IMG/VR virus record: IMGVR_UViG_3300043446_003110
Source: a virus
DNA length: 64,000 nucleotides
Strand: one strand, 5' to 3'
Positions 51,549 through 60,854 of this stretch are shown here, piece after piece (position 1 is the first letter of the stretch; each line of letters opens with the position of its first letter). A program made the translations under genes and the position numbers. Under the pieces are notes generated by a model. That model searched no databases. It had not been told where the DNA came from and saw only the letters and a program-made list of their open reading frames with translations.

Positions 51549-53678
51549 TTAGCAATCTTCTGATGGAATTACAATTACGCATGGTGGTGGACCTATTTCT
51601 ATTGGATAAGATACATATGGATCTTCTACAATATATACATCAACACACAAGTATTCAGTATTGAGTTTATATATTGATAAATTAGTATTAATATAATTTT
51701 TAATCTCTGAAAAAGATAATGATGATGCTATTTTGATAGCCTCTTTCATATTTGCATCAACTCTATATATACTATTAGTAGGTATATTTTTGTAATAAAT
51801 TGTTGAATCTTCGTCAAAAACAAAACAATACAAATTCATTGGATTGTTAGGAGTAGGATTAAGACAACTATATTCTACGTTTATTGTAGAGCCTAGACAA
51901 CGATCTTGATCCATAATTATTGCCGGTGTTTCATTTATAGTTGTACCATTTGTTATATCGCACCTCAATCCCGGTCTGCAATCATATACAAATTCGATGG
52001 TAGCGTCCATTGGTATTTTTGGTTCATACCAAGATTCCTCATTAGAAAATTGATATACACCTCTAATATAGGAATCACAATCCCCAAGATATTGTCCGCT
52101 AGTTTGGTAAGAAAAGCCAAATTCATATGTTCCACTACTGCATACTTTATTAAATCCTCCATTTTCTATTGGTATGCTATAGTTAGGACAGCCCCTCAAT
52201 TCGTGGGGATTTTTTAAATAAGTATTTTTATTATAAAGTCTGTCAACAACAATCCAATCTTCATATGCCCACCTATAACGTATTGGTAATGTAAATCCAA
52301 TAGATGCTTTATATCCAATACCATCTTGAGTTGATGGAGATTGTATAATTCTAATAGAATATTTAGCTGGATATTTATATTCATGATCCTGCAAAGAATC
52401 ATCTGTGTATACTTCTTGATAACAATTATTGTCATCGTATTCATCGAAAGCAATTAAATACGTTGTTGGTGGATCATTAGTACTGCTCCACACGCATGGA
52501 TTAATATGTGTATCGCTTAAAGATGAATTAAACAACCAATCATTTGGTCCTCCTAACCTATCAAATATATATGTGCCACTAAAAATAGGATCTGTAGGAA
52601 TAACTAATTTTATTCTATTAGATACTCTAAATGTGGTTCGTGGATTTGCACATAATAATCCAGACGCCTCCGGTGGAACAAGTGGGATATGATAGCTAGG
52701 AGGATCAGAAGGAAGAACAGGTTTATCGTAATAATATGGAGTAAAAGGAATATCTACTGAATAAGTTTTACTAATTCTATTTAACATATCTCCAGTGGGG
52801 GCATAACAATCATCATTATCAGCTACTTCTATACTATCCGAGCAATTACAATCTGAAATTTTCCAAGATGTATTAGATAAAATAGGTGAACATGTTGTCG
52901 AAGTCGAAGTGCTAGTCGAGGTCGAAGTGCTAGTCGAGGTCGAAGTGCTAGTCGAGGTCGAAGTAATGGGCGGTGCAGTAGTAGAAGTACTAGTCGAGGT
53001 CGAAGTGCTAGTCGAGGTCGAAGTGCTAGTCGAGGTCGAAGTGCTAGTCGAGGTCGAAGTGCTAGTCGAGGTCGAAGTAATGGGCGGTGCAGTAGTAGAA
53101 GTACTAGTCGAGGTCGAAGTACTAGTCGAGGTCGAAGTACTAGTCGAGGTCGAAGTACTAGTCGAGGTCGAAGTACTAGTCGAAGTCGAAGTACTGGTTG
53201 AAGTCGAAGTACTGGTCGAGGTGGAAGTGCTAGTTGAGGTCGAAGTAGTAGTACATGCTAATACCTCAACGTATATTACAAATGTATCTGAATCCAGTAC
53301 TCTTTTTTGTAAATCTAGCGTATTTATAGTTACTGTATAGTATCTACTAGTTGCGCCAGCATTTAAAAAATTAAAAAACAATTCACTATTGTTTATTTTA
53401 AAGAAAGATCTATCTGGACCAGACAATGAAAAATTAAAATAATCACATGTAGAATTTACTACAATGTCGGCTACTTTTATGTCTGTTGAGTCTAAAATAT
53501 CAAATTTAAAAGTTGTTTTTTTTATTTGAAGATTACTTGCATAACAATCTGTTTGCGTTTCAGAAAGTGCAAAAAAATCTGTATCTATCTTTACTGGGGG
53601 AAGTGTTGTAGTTATGGGTTCAGCATATCTCACATACGGCAATGGATATTTAAAGCATTGGTCAGGTGCGCGCCCCAT
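51549..53678 (-). CDS. Cadherin-like domain + long (TS)n tract + Cys-rich protein
   Basis: FSLSGPDRSFFKINNSELFF...YTVTI is cadherin-like; ~120-residue T/S tract interrupted twice by APPI. Confidence 0.75.
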   Translation of the reverse strand: MGRAPDQCFKYPLPYVRYAEPITTTLPPVKIDTDFFALSETQTDCYASNLQIKKTTFKFDILDSTDIKVADIVVNSTCDYFNFSLSGPDRSFFKINNSELFFNFLNAGATSRYYTVTINTLDLQKRVLDSDTFVIYVEVLACTTTSTSTSTSTSTSTSTSTSTSTSTSTSTSTSTSTSTSTSTSTSTSTSTSTSTTAPPITSTSTSTSTSTSTSTSTSTSTSTSTSTSTSTSTTAPPITSTSTSTSTSTSTSTSTSTSTSTTCSPILSNTSWKISDCNCSDSIEVADNDDCYAPTGDMLNRISKTYSVDIPFTPYYYDKPVLPSDPPSYHIPLVPPEASGLLCANPRTTFRVSNRIKLVIPTDPIFSGTYIFDRLGGPNDWLFNSSLSDTHINPCVWSSTNDPPTTYLIAFDEYDDNNCYQEVYTDDSLQDHEYKYPAKYSIRIIQSPSTQDGIGYKASIGFTLPIRYRWAYEDWIVVDRLYNKNTYLKNPHELRGCPNYSIPIENGGFNKVCSSGTYEFGFSYQTSGQYLGDCDSYIRGVYQFSNEESWYEPKIPMDATIEFVYDCRPGLRCDITNGTTINETPAIIMDQDRCLGSTINVEYSCLNPTPNNPMNLYCFVFDEDSTIYYKNIPTNSIYRVDANMKEAIKIASSLSFSEIKNYINTNLSIYKLNTEYLCVDVYIVEDPYVSYPIEIGPPPCVIVIPSEDC
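52911..53246. repeat. 18-bp tandem repeat (RCTAGTCGAGGTCGAAGT), 16 units in three blocks separated by two identical 24-bp inserts
   Basis: Blocks 52911-52964, 52989-53078 and 53103-53246; insert AATGGGCGGTGCAGTAGTAGAAGT at 52965 and 53079. Confidence 0.95.
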
Positions 53679-53695
53679 AATTTATCCAATCTATA

Positions 53696-56600
53696 TTATG
53701 AATTACAACAAGAGCAAGATGTATCCTCTGAACTAATCCATATTGGTTTATACTCACTATTGACTTGAGCAGCTATAACGTATGCACCAGTTTGAACAAC
53801 TAAGCTTGTATCGCGATTAGTTATGAATATAACCCCAGAATCGGCCCATAGATAATCTTTGGGTATCATAATACCGCTTGTTTTTTGACCAATTGATGGC
53901 GCTGGCAACCCAGTGGGCATAAAACCTTCAATAAACAGAGTTTCTATGTTTTTTGCTATTTTTATACCGCTATTTCCCAAATCTATACCACTATTAGCTA
54001 ATAATGTATTTGTCTGTATTGGCTTAGTGCTTCCAATATATGTTCCATCAGCGAACTGTATATTGCCTTTGATTTGAAGATTTCCATTTAATCTCGCGTA
54101 TGGTTGCGGAGGTAAATCGGAAAGTTGTCCGCTAGTTGGGAACCAAAAATAGTCATTATACTTCACATTACTATTGGTTATGATGGTTGGATATCTCCAA
54201 TCGCCAGCATATACCGAAGACGCAGCATTATGATCTAATGTTAATAAATTGCTTGATTTATTACCAATAAAAGTGAAAGTTAAGGTATTTTCTGGATAAT
54301 CACTGCCGCCACTATCTATAATTTCAATAACATTAGACTTAATGCATAAGCCTTCTGTATTATCATTATTATTTATATATAGTTTTCCACCACTTGGTAA
54401 TATGAGTCGCTTATCATTGTTAGTGGGTCCAAGCTTACCTTCTAACAAAACAATGTTTTCAGTATATCCAAGAGCAAAATTATAAGATCCACTTACAGAA
54501 TTGCCAACCCCATTATTTCCTATAATGATATTTCCACTAGTATTGATTAATTCTGACTGTCTGTTAAAAGATAGATTACCAATAACAATATTATTGTATG
54601 AATTCACTAGTCCGCTACCGGCGTATTTACCAATTATTAAATTATTGTTACCACTAACCAATGTATCTAAAGCATTTGTGCCAATTGATATATTTCCAGA
54701 GCCAGATCTGAATCGATATAACGATCTATATCCATAAGATGTATTGTCTATTACTGCGTCATTGATATTGAATCTTCCAGATGGAGACTCATATCCAGCA
54801 AATGTATTTCCACTTGAGTTTGTAAATACTGCTCTGCCATCTATGCTATCATTCTTATTTACAACTAAATTGAAAGAATTTCCAGAACTGTCCATGAAAA
54901 CAAGATTATTGTGTTGCTTGGCATGGAATTGATCATTTTTAATATTGTATATCTTACCATAACCACTTGATGGTATAACATTTATATCAGTAATGTATTG
55001 ACTATCTTTCAGTGATATAGCTGGAATATTGCGCATTCCAGAGTGACCAATAGTAATGACTTCATTAGTTATACCGCTTGAGAATATTCCCATTGTTCCA
55101 CTATCAGTTATTCTGATAGCGTTGGTCTTGAGTTCATTTTTGTATATATTAAAATCAGCAATACCACTATTATTTAAATAAGCAATTTCTAGCCCGCTAG
55201 ATAAACAATTATTGCCACCCAATAATTCGATAGAAGCTTTATAGTAACCGTTGCTTTCGGCGGTGAATCTAGCAACACAATCATTTTTAGATCTCACATT
55301 GAAGATGGTATTTGGCAAAACATATTCTGTATATTCTGGTATATTTGTAACAGAAAGAACAGCACCATCGGTTGAGTCTTTCATCAAAATCAAACCGTTT
55401 ACAAAATTAGATGTATTGTTATATGAACCAAAAACTAATCTATCATTCAGCCGGGTATTGTTAAAATTATCAATATATTTGATTTCAAAACCACAGAGTT
55501 TATCTTTGTTATTATTAGTAATATCTTTTATTCTAGATTTTGTTCCAGTTAAAAATCTTTGACTAACATTAACACCTGACTCTAATGAAGAAATAGATAG
55601 GCTATAATCATTAGCTTCACCAGAATTAGAAATAAAATTTACATTTCCTATGCCAGCTATGTGGCCCTCTGATAAACTTGGATTAATATTTAATATTTTT
55701 TTACGAGAAATATATGAACGTCCAGTTTTGAAGAATAAACCAAAACAATCTCCATTATTCAAAGATGATATATCATAGGATATAATATTATTTGTTTGAA
55801 TATATCTATCACTTGGCACTTTAAAATTTATATTGCTATACCATGTGGCATTGAAATCTCCAGCAAAACATGGCACACCTTCTGATTGTGGTTGAAAAGA
55901 AATTTTATATTCTTTTAAACTAAAAACATCTGGGCTAGATTGATAAGTAGTTGTTGACTTTAAGAGTATACCGCCATCATTTAATTGATCGTCACTTAAT
56001 ATTGGCATTCCACCATTATTTGTTGCAAGATAAAGTATTTTATTGGTATAAACTGAGCTTTGTAGAGTTATTAATTCATTGATTGTGGCTCTGCCAGTTA
56101 CAACTAAATCTTTAAAATATCCAGAACACCAAGAGTATACAGGTGAACCAAAATTGTATTTTTCAGTAGTACTTGGATAAATGCTATTATTTGAAATAAG
56201 CAATGAAGTACCACTGGAAAAAATGGATGATAGATTGCTAAACTCAATAGATTTTGAAAGATATAAATTTTTCCATGGATATAAACTGTGTCCTAAAGTG
56301 CTAATATCGCCGCCAGAGGGCAAAATATTTCCACCAACATGTAATATTCCATAATTATTTAAAATTCTTGTGCCAATTCCAAGTTTTATGCTAGATAGAT
56401 CGCCATAAATCAGTGGCATCCACCCGTCGCCATGTGGATTATCACATATATGTTGCTCATCTACTGGATGATAACCAATAAACAATTGATGGCTGGTATT
56501 TTTTGATGTATAGTATCCAGCGCCATGACCTATAGCTATATTGCCTTGGCCAGACTTATTGTTATTTAAAGCAAAATTTCCAATACCAATATTGAGATGA

Positions 56601-56992
56601 CCAACTGTATTGCCGCCTAATGCATTGTAACCTACTCCAATATTTCCTTCTCCATACACATTACAGGATAAGGATTGAGATCCAACGGCGGTATTTTTTG
56701 AGCTTTGATAGCTTGATCTTAGAGCATAATTTCCTATAGCAGTATTGTCGGAACTAGTAGATCCAACCGTAGTTTTGAAATTTTCTAAAGCGGATTGACC
56801 AACTACAGTATTACCGGTAGGAAATGTGGCAAAGTTTAGACTTTTTAAGTCATTTGAAAGAGTAAGATTATGTATAGAATCTACAATATCTATAAGATTA
56901 TGTCTAATATCATACGGACTTATTTGACCATATGACTGATCAGAAATTTCTGCGTTGATATTATTAAGAAGCTGGGACTTGCTTAATATCAT
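53696..56992 (-). CDS. Long fibre protein with YadA-head-like beta-roll repeats
   Basis: Two blocks of 14-residue N(T/I)x(I/V)G..AL repeats (NTAIGNYAL, NTAVGSQSL, NIGVGYNAL; NISIGTNAL, NLIIGKYAG). Confidence 0.75.
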   Translation of the reverse strand: MILSKSQLLNNINAEISDQSYGQISPYDIRHNLIDIVDSIHNLTLSNDLKSLNFATFPTGNTVVGQSALENFKTTVGSTSSDNTAIGNYALRSSYQSSKNTAVGSQSLSCNVYGEGNIGVGYNALGGNTVGHLNIGIGNFALNNNKSGQGNIAIGHGAGYYTSKNTSHQLFIGYHPVDEQHICDNPHGDGWMPLIYGDLSSIKLGIGTRILNNYGILHVGGNILPSGGDISTLGHSLYPWKNLYLSKSIEFSNLSSIFSSGTSLLISNNSIYPSTTEKYNFGSPVYSWCSGYFKDLVVTGRATINELITLQSSVYTNKILYLATNNGGMPILSDDQLNDGGILLKSTTTYQSSPDVFSLKEYKISFQPQSEGVPCFAGDFNATWYSNINFKVPSDRYIQTNNIISYDISSLNNGDCFGLFFKTGRSYISRKKILNINPSLSEGHIAGIGNVNFISNSGEANDYSLSISSLESGVNVSQRFLTGTKSRIKDITNNNKDKLCGFEIKYIDNFNNTRLNDRLVFGSYNNTSNFVNGLILMKDSTDGAVLSVTNIPEYTEYVLPNTIFNVRSKNDCVARFTAESNGYYKASIELLGGNNCLSSGLEIAYLNNSGIADFNIYKNELKTNAIRITDSGTMGIFSSGITNEVITIGHSGMRNIPAISLKDSQYITDINVIPSSGYGKIYNIKNDQFHAKQHNNLVFMDSSGNSFNLVVNKNDSIDGRAVFTNSSGNTFAGYESPSGRFNINDAVIDNTSYGYRSLYRFRSGSGNISIGTNALDTLVSGNNNLIIGKYAGSGLVNSYNNIVIGNLSFNRQSELINTSGNIIIGNNGVGNSVSGSYNFALGYTENIVLLEGKLGPTNNDKRLILPSGGKLYINNNDNTEGLCIKSNVIEIIDSGGSDYPENTLTFTFIGNKSSNLLTLDHNAASSVYAGDWRYPTIITNSNVKYNDYFWFPTSGQLSDLPPQPYARLNGNLQIKGNIQFADGTYIGSTKPIQTNTLLANSGIDLGNSGIKIAKNIETLFIEGFMPTGLPAPSIGQKTSGIMIPKDYLWADSGVIFITNRDTSLVVQTGAYVIAAQVNSEYKPIWISSEDTSCSCCNS

Positions 56993-57004
56993 TTTAAGTT
57001 CCAG

Positions 57005-57706
57005 TTATTTTAGACTGATTTCTAACGAATTACTATCAAATCTTATATTATCTCCTAAAAATACATATCGTGGATTTGCTAACGGTGCATACATCAATAA
57101 TTTGCCAGAACCAACAGTGCCATGGTCAACTATTGCAATGCCAGAAACCCAGCCCCATTCAGTCAATGCTGTATCAAATACAAGTTGATTTTTATTTCGA
57201 ATAAATCCATTACCTTCATAATCTTGATACATAGACTTAACTAATACACCCGAGTTGAATGAATTAATTGCATTTGGAGCATAAAATTTAACAGAAGGAA
57301 ATTCTGCAAATTGATATTCTGTACTCGTTTCTGCTCCACCGGCAGCTTTACTAACGGTATTGGCTACCGTTGAACTAAGATAGAGTGGATAAAAATATGA
57401 TGGAGTATTGTCGTGCCTTCTTCCAGAAACGCTATATGCTGTTGCGTTATCTAAACCAACAAGATTCCAAGTAGCATCTCCGTTAGAAGCTGGAGGCCCA
57501 AGAGAAATACGCTTATAATTTGTTGGAACCCAATCGTATCCACTATAAACTCCAGATGGCAATTCCAAAATAGTTTCACCAGTGTCAGAATCTCTAGGCA
57601 CACCGCTAGTTAAAGCAATTGCTATTGTGGCTGGTCTGGGAAAAGCAGTATTTCTAAAGAGGTGACTTAGAAGACCAGACTCAAGATAATCCGATAGTGC
57701 GGCCAT
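57005..57706 (-). CDS. Virion structural protein (collar/fibre-base type)
   Basis: LSDYLE..LL.H.FR...IAL, NYKR, WG.VS..AI.D....G.LL.Y is a widespread phage structural domain. Confidence 0.65.
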   Translation of the reverse strand: MAALSDYLESGLLSHLFRNTAFPRPATIAIALTSGVPRDSDTGETILELPSGVYSGYDWVPTNYKRISLGPPASNGDATWNLVGLDNATAYSVSGRRHDNTPSYFYPLYLSSTVANTVSKAAGGAETSTEYQFAEFPSVKFYAPNAINSFNSGVLVKSMYQDYEGNGFIRNKNQLVFDTALTEWGWVSGIAIVDHGTVGSGKLLMYAPLANPRYVFLGDNIRFDSNSLEISLK

Positions 57707-57750
57707 ATATTTCTCCTATTCTTATCCTTAAATAACGTTATCTACTCTAT

Positions 57751-57757
57751 TATACAC
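57751..57757 (-). promoter_or_regulatory. Putative late-promoter motif GTGTATA abutting the capsid terminator
   Basis: TTTTTTGTGTATAAT, 45 nt upstream of the ATG at 57706. Confidence 0.6.
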
Positions 57758-57791
57758 AAAAAAGCCACCCCCAATCTCTTGAGGATGGCTT
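57758..57791 (-). terminator. Intrinsic terminator after the major capsid gene
   Basis: AGCCATCCTCAA-GAGA-TTGGGGGTGGCT-TTTTT: 12-bp stem with two G.U pairs and a GNRA loop. Confidence 0.88.
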
Positions 57792-57818
57792 AATTGTGAT
57801 TGATATTTATAGACTATA

Positions 57819-58826
57819 TCAGAAAGAACCAAGAATGATTCTACGATTGTCTAGAACACCAAAGCCAAGTTCAGCCCAACCGTAATAGCCAGCGCGCTGC
57901 TGACGATGTAGAGTTGGATCTTCGAAGACCTGTAGCTGTTGCTTAACGGGCATTACGAAGCTATCGTTCATTGACTGATCAAGGCCAACAACGAGTTCAA
58001 CGTCGCTTGTCTGAACAGCGCCGCCAAGGTCGCTAGTTACAAAGTTTTGGTACTGTTGACCTTCGCCTAGTTCATCTAGGTCATGAAGATTAACACCAAA
58101 TACTCTTGTGATTACCGAACCGTCTGGAGCGGCATTGTAGATTTCGCGACGAGTAACATCGTCAACTTGATCTAGACCCCAATTACGAATATCTTCTAAA
58201 GCTTCGGGCGATAGATAGATATCTGTTAAGCGACCACGACCAACTGATGCAGAGTTACCGCCCGAGTTACGACGCATCACTGTTTGCATTAGTGATACTA
58301 GTCTCTTTGAGAATAGACCAGCTGTTGCATCAGCGTCATAAACTAGGATGTTACGATCAACGCCAGCGGCTAGAATTGTGTGCCAGCCATCGTCGTTCAT
58401 CTTCTTGGTAAAGCCAGCTTCCATCACCTGCATAGCGCGACCAACGATATCCCATCTGGCTTCGCGGGCAAAACGAAGTAGATAGTCAACCGATGAAGCG
58501 ATTGTGTAGGTTGGAATCATTACGTAGTCGCCTTCGACTGAACGCTCTGGAATCCTACCATGGCCGGGATTGGTGTAAGCAACATGCTCACCTTCTAGGC
58601 CGGGAGAGATAAGATCAAGAGGAAATTCAGTTGTTGAACCGGCTTCCACGTTGATGGTTTCAAAGATATTACCGAGGATATTACCACCTAAAACGCCCTT
58701 ACGAAGAGGGAGTTCCAAAGCTTTGGCAAACTCGCGTTGAGCGGCCATTGCTACATTGATATCGGCATCCCCTGACTTGCGTAGGAGAGCGATAAAGTCA
58801 TCGCTAGGTCTTTCAGTTATTGGCAT
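57819..58826 (-). CDS. Major capsid protein (HK97-like fold)
   Basis: 335 aa, follows protease and decoration genes; AGGAG RBS; C-terminal GYYGWAELGFGVLDNRRI; downstream terminator. Confidence 0.85.
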   Translation of the reverse strand: MPITERPSDDFIALLRKSGDADINVAMAAQREFAKALELPLRKGVLGGNILGNIFETINVEAGSTTEFPLDLISPGLEGEHVAYTNPGHGRIPERSVEGDYVMIPTYTIASSVDYLLRFAREARWDIVGRAMQVMEAGFTKKMNDDGWHTILAAGVDRNILVYDADATAGLFSKRLVSLMQTVMRRNSGGNSASVGRGRLTDIYLSPEALEDIRNWGLDQVDDVTRREIYNAAPDGSVITRVFGVNLHDLDELGEGQQYQNFVTSDLGGAVQTSDVELVVGLDQSMNDSFVMPVKQQLQVFEDPTLHRQQRAGYYGWAELGFGVLDNRRIILGSF

Positions 58827-58853
58827 GTTTAATTCTCCTTTGTTATATTATGA

Positions 58854-59321
58854 TCAGGGGAGGTTTACTTCTACTTTGGCATAACCATCGGCATCCTTAC
58901 TGGTAAGGAAACGACCAACGGCTAGTACGCCAGAACTACCGGGGCTATCGCCACGAAGATTGCCAGCATTTACATGGCAAGCATAAGCGAGTGAACCGGC
59001 AGATGGTGAACCAGTGATATTGTTTGTTACAACGTAACCCTTGCGGAGTACTGTAACCTTGCCACCCTTCTGTACTTCATCCTTATACTGATTAAGGTGG
59101 GTACGGGTTAGATCCTTGTTTACTACATCGTTTAGTAAAATACCAACTGGAACAGTTGCCGATGTAGCGGCAGCATACTTAACAAGATTTACACCTTGAT
59201 CCATAGCTGCGCCAGAACCGGCTGTATCATGTACAACGACGCCACCGCGAGTAGCAGTTCCGGCATTGTAGAAGAAACTGATATCAGTTTGAAACTCATA
59301 TCTATCTGCTTTTAGGGCCAT
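58854..59321 (-). CDS. Capsid decoration/cement protein
   Basis: 155 aa between scaffold and capsid genes; PVGILLNDV, GGKVTVLRKG.V.T, VGRFLTSKDADG. Confidence 0.7.
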   Translation of the reverse strand: MALKADRYEFQTDISFFYNAGTATRGGVVVHDTAGSGAAMDQGVNLVKYAAATSATVPVGILLNDVVNKDLTRTHLNQYKDEVQKGGKVTVLRKGYVVTNNITGSPSAGSLAYACHVNAGNLRGDSPGSSGVLAVGRFLTSKDADGYAKVEVNLP

Positions 59322-59338
59322 AGTTTTTCTCCTTTATA

Positions 59339-60748
59339 TCACTTACGTAAAACGTTATTTGTTAGCCACTCTGCCACACTAGCTCTTGTGGCCTCGACTT
59401 CATCGACTTCATCAGAAGCAGCTACTAGAGTGGCTTCTGTTGTTTTTACTTCTTCGAAGATTTGTTCTGTAGTCTCTTCGGCTACAGATGCCTTGGGATT
59501 ATCTTCTTCCATTGGCTCATCTTCTTGAATTTTTTCTTGGAACTTCTTCTTTGGCTGATCGCCCATCTTCTTAACTTTGGCTAACTGCTTTTCATGCATA
59601 TTTACAACAGCATCAAAAGCATCATCAGCTAAAGCATCATAAAGAGAAAGAGCTTCTTCGATTTCGTCGCCCTCAAAACCAGCATAGCCTAGTTTTTCTT
59701 TGCGAGCCTTCATTTTCTCTTTCTTCTTCATATCTTCCATTTCTTTATTCATACCAGCTAATTCTTTTTGTAAATTAGCAAGGGTTTCTTCTAATGTTGC
59801 TACTTTTGAAGCATAAGCTTGAAGTTCAGTTTCTTTAGCAGCTAAAGTAGCTTCTAAATCAGAAACCTGAGTATCGACTTTTACTTCTTCAACAACAGTT
59901 GCAGCTTGCTCTGCCACTGTGGCAACTTCTAGCTGCTTCTCTTCGTTAGTATCTGACATATTAACTTCTCCTTCTAAAACATTGGAAATAGTTTGTTCTT
60001 CTTTAACAGAGAAAGCTTTGCTAGAATCAAGAATGATACTTCTTGGATTTGCTGGTCTAGATACTAAACCTTTACCAGAAAATGAAATATCTCTTAATAA
60101 TCTACCAATTTGATAGCCTTCGTATTCTCCTGTACCACCATACGCTCTTAAGTGTTTGGTTAAAAATGCTGACTCTTCGCTTCGGGCTACTACTTTGGTT
60201 AAACCACCGGTATCCTTTACAGCATAATCAAATCCGGCAAATAGACATTCCATAGAAACGAACCATTTGCCCTCTTCTATCTCTGATATAATCTTTCTCA
60301 TCCTCTCTCTGTTTTCTGGATTTGTCCAGCTATTATAAATTACAGCTTCTGTTACTATATCGAATTCAGATGGTGTAGCATCATTTTCAGATGCGCCGAT
60401 TTTATTTCCATCGTGATCAATAACATAACATCCAGTAATATGTCCTATTATATCGTTTTCATTATGCATTAAGTTGAATTGTTTATCTTCTGGGGTACTG
60501 CGAGCCGCCCAAGTTTGAGCAGGATCAAAAACATCATCGTTTTTATTCCACCCAGTAGAAACTAATATAGATTTGATATAGTATAAATCTATTTGATTTG
60601 GATTACTTGATGCTTTTACTTTATCAAGTAACTTTTTAATTTGATTAGTTTCATTACTCAAAACAGCTGGAGAACAATAAGCAACAGTAGTATCGCTATT
60701 GATACGTTCTTCTAGGCCGTCAGCTATTTCTTGTGCATATATTTTCAT
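59339..60748 (-). CDS. Prohead protease-scaffold fusion
   Basis: NKNDDVF, FNLMH...IIGHI, WFVSMEC, FSGKGLV..PA protease motifs, then an acidic coiled coil; GAGG RBS before ATG 60748. Confidence 0.8.
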   Translation of the reverse strand: MKIYAQEIADGLEERINSDTTVAYCSPAVLSNETNQIKKLLDKVKASSNPNQIDLYYIKSILVSTGWNKNDDVFDPAQTWAARSTPEDKQFNLMHNENDIIGHITGCYVIDHDGNKIGASENDATPSEFDIVTEAVIYNSWTNPENRERMRKIISEIEEGKWFVSMECLFAGFDYAVKDTGGLTKVVARSEESAFLTKHLRAYGGTGEYEGYQIGRLLRDISFSGKGLVSRPANPRSIILDSSKAFSVKEEQTISNVLEGEVNMSDTNEEKQLEVATVAEQAATVVEEVKVDTQVSDLEATLAAKETELQAYASKVATLEETLANLQKELAGMNKEMEDMKKKEKMKARKEKLGYAGFEGDEIEEALSLYDALADDAFDAVVNMHEKQLAKVKKMGDQPKKKFQEKIQEDEPMEEDNPKASVAEETTEQIFEEVKTTEATLVAASDEVDEVEATRASVAEWLTNNVLRK

Positions 60749-60777
60749 ATTTTCCTCATGGTGTCTCTCACAGATAA

Positions 60778-60784
60778 TATACAC
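60778..60784 (-). promoter_or_regulatory. Putative late-promoter motif GTGTATA
   Basis: TTTTTGTGTATATTA, 30 nt upstream of the ATG at 60748. Confidence 0.6.
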
Positions 60785-60854
60785 AAAAACTTTATAATAA
60801 CGTTAAATACTTAACTTTATGGATATTTTTGTATATGTGAAATTATATTCAAAA

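Noticed and set aside
52911-53246. Repeat array as a CRISPR array
   Set aside because: Units are directly tandem, the two 24-bp inserts are identical, the array is in frame within a CDS, and no cas genes are present.
52909-53340. + strand ORF of VEVEVL repeats
   Set aside because: Antisense shadow of the TS repeat, with no RBS.
57819-59321. Higher-GC capsid/decoration region as a foreign island
   Set aside because: Explained by amino-acid composition and high-expression codon bias; it still avoids CCWGG.
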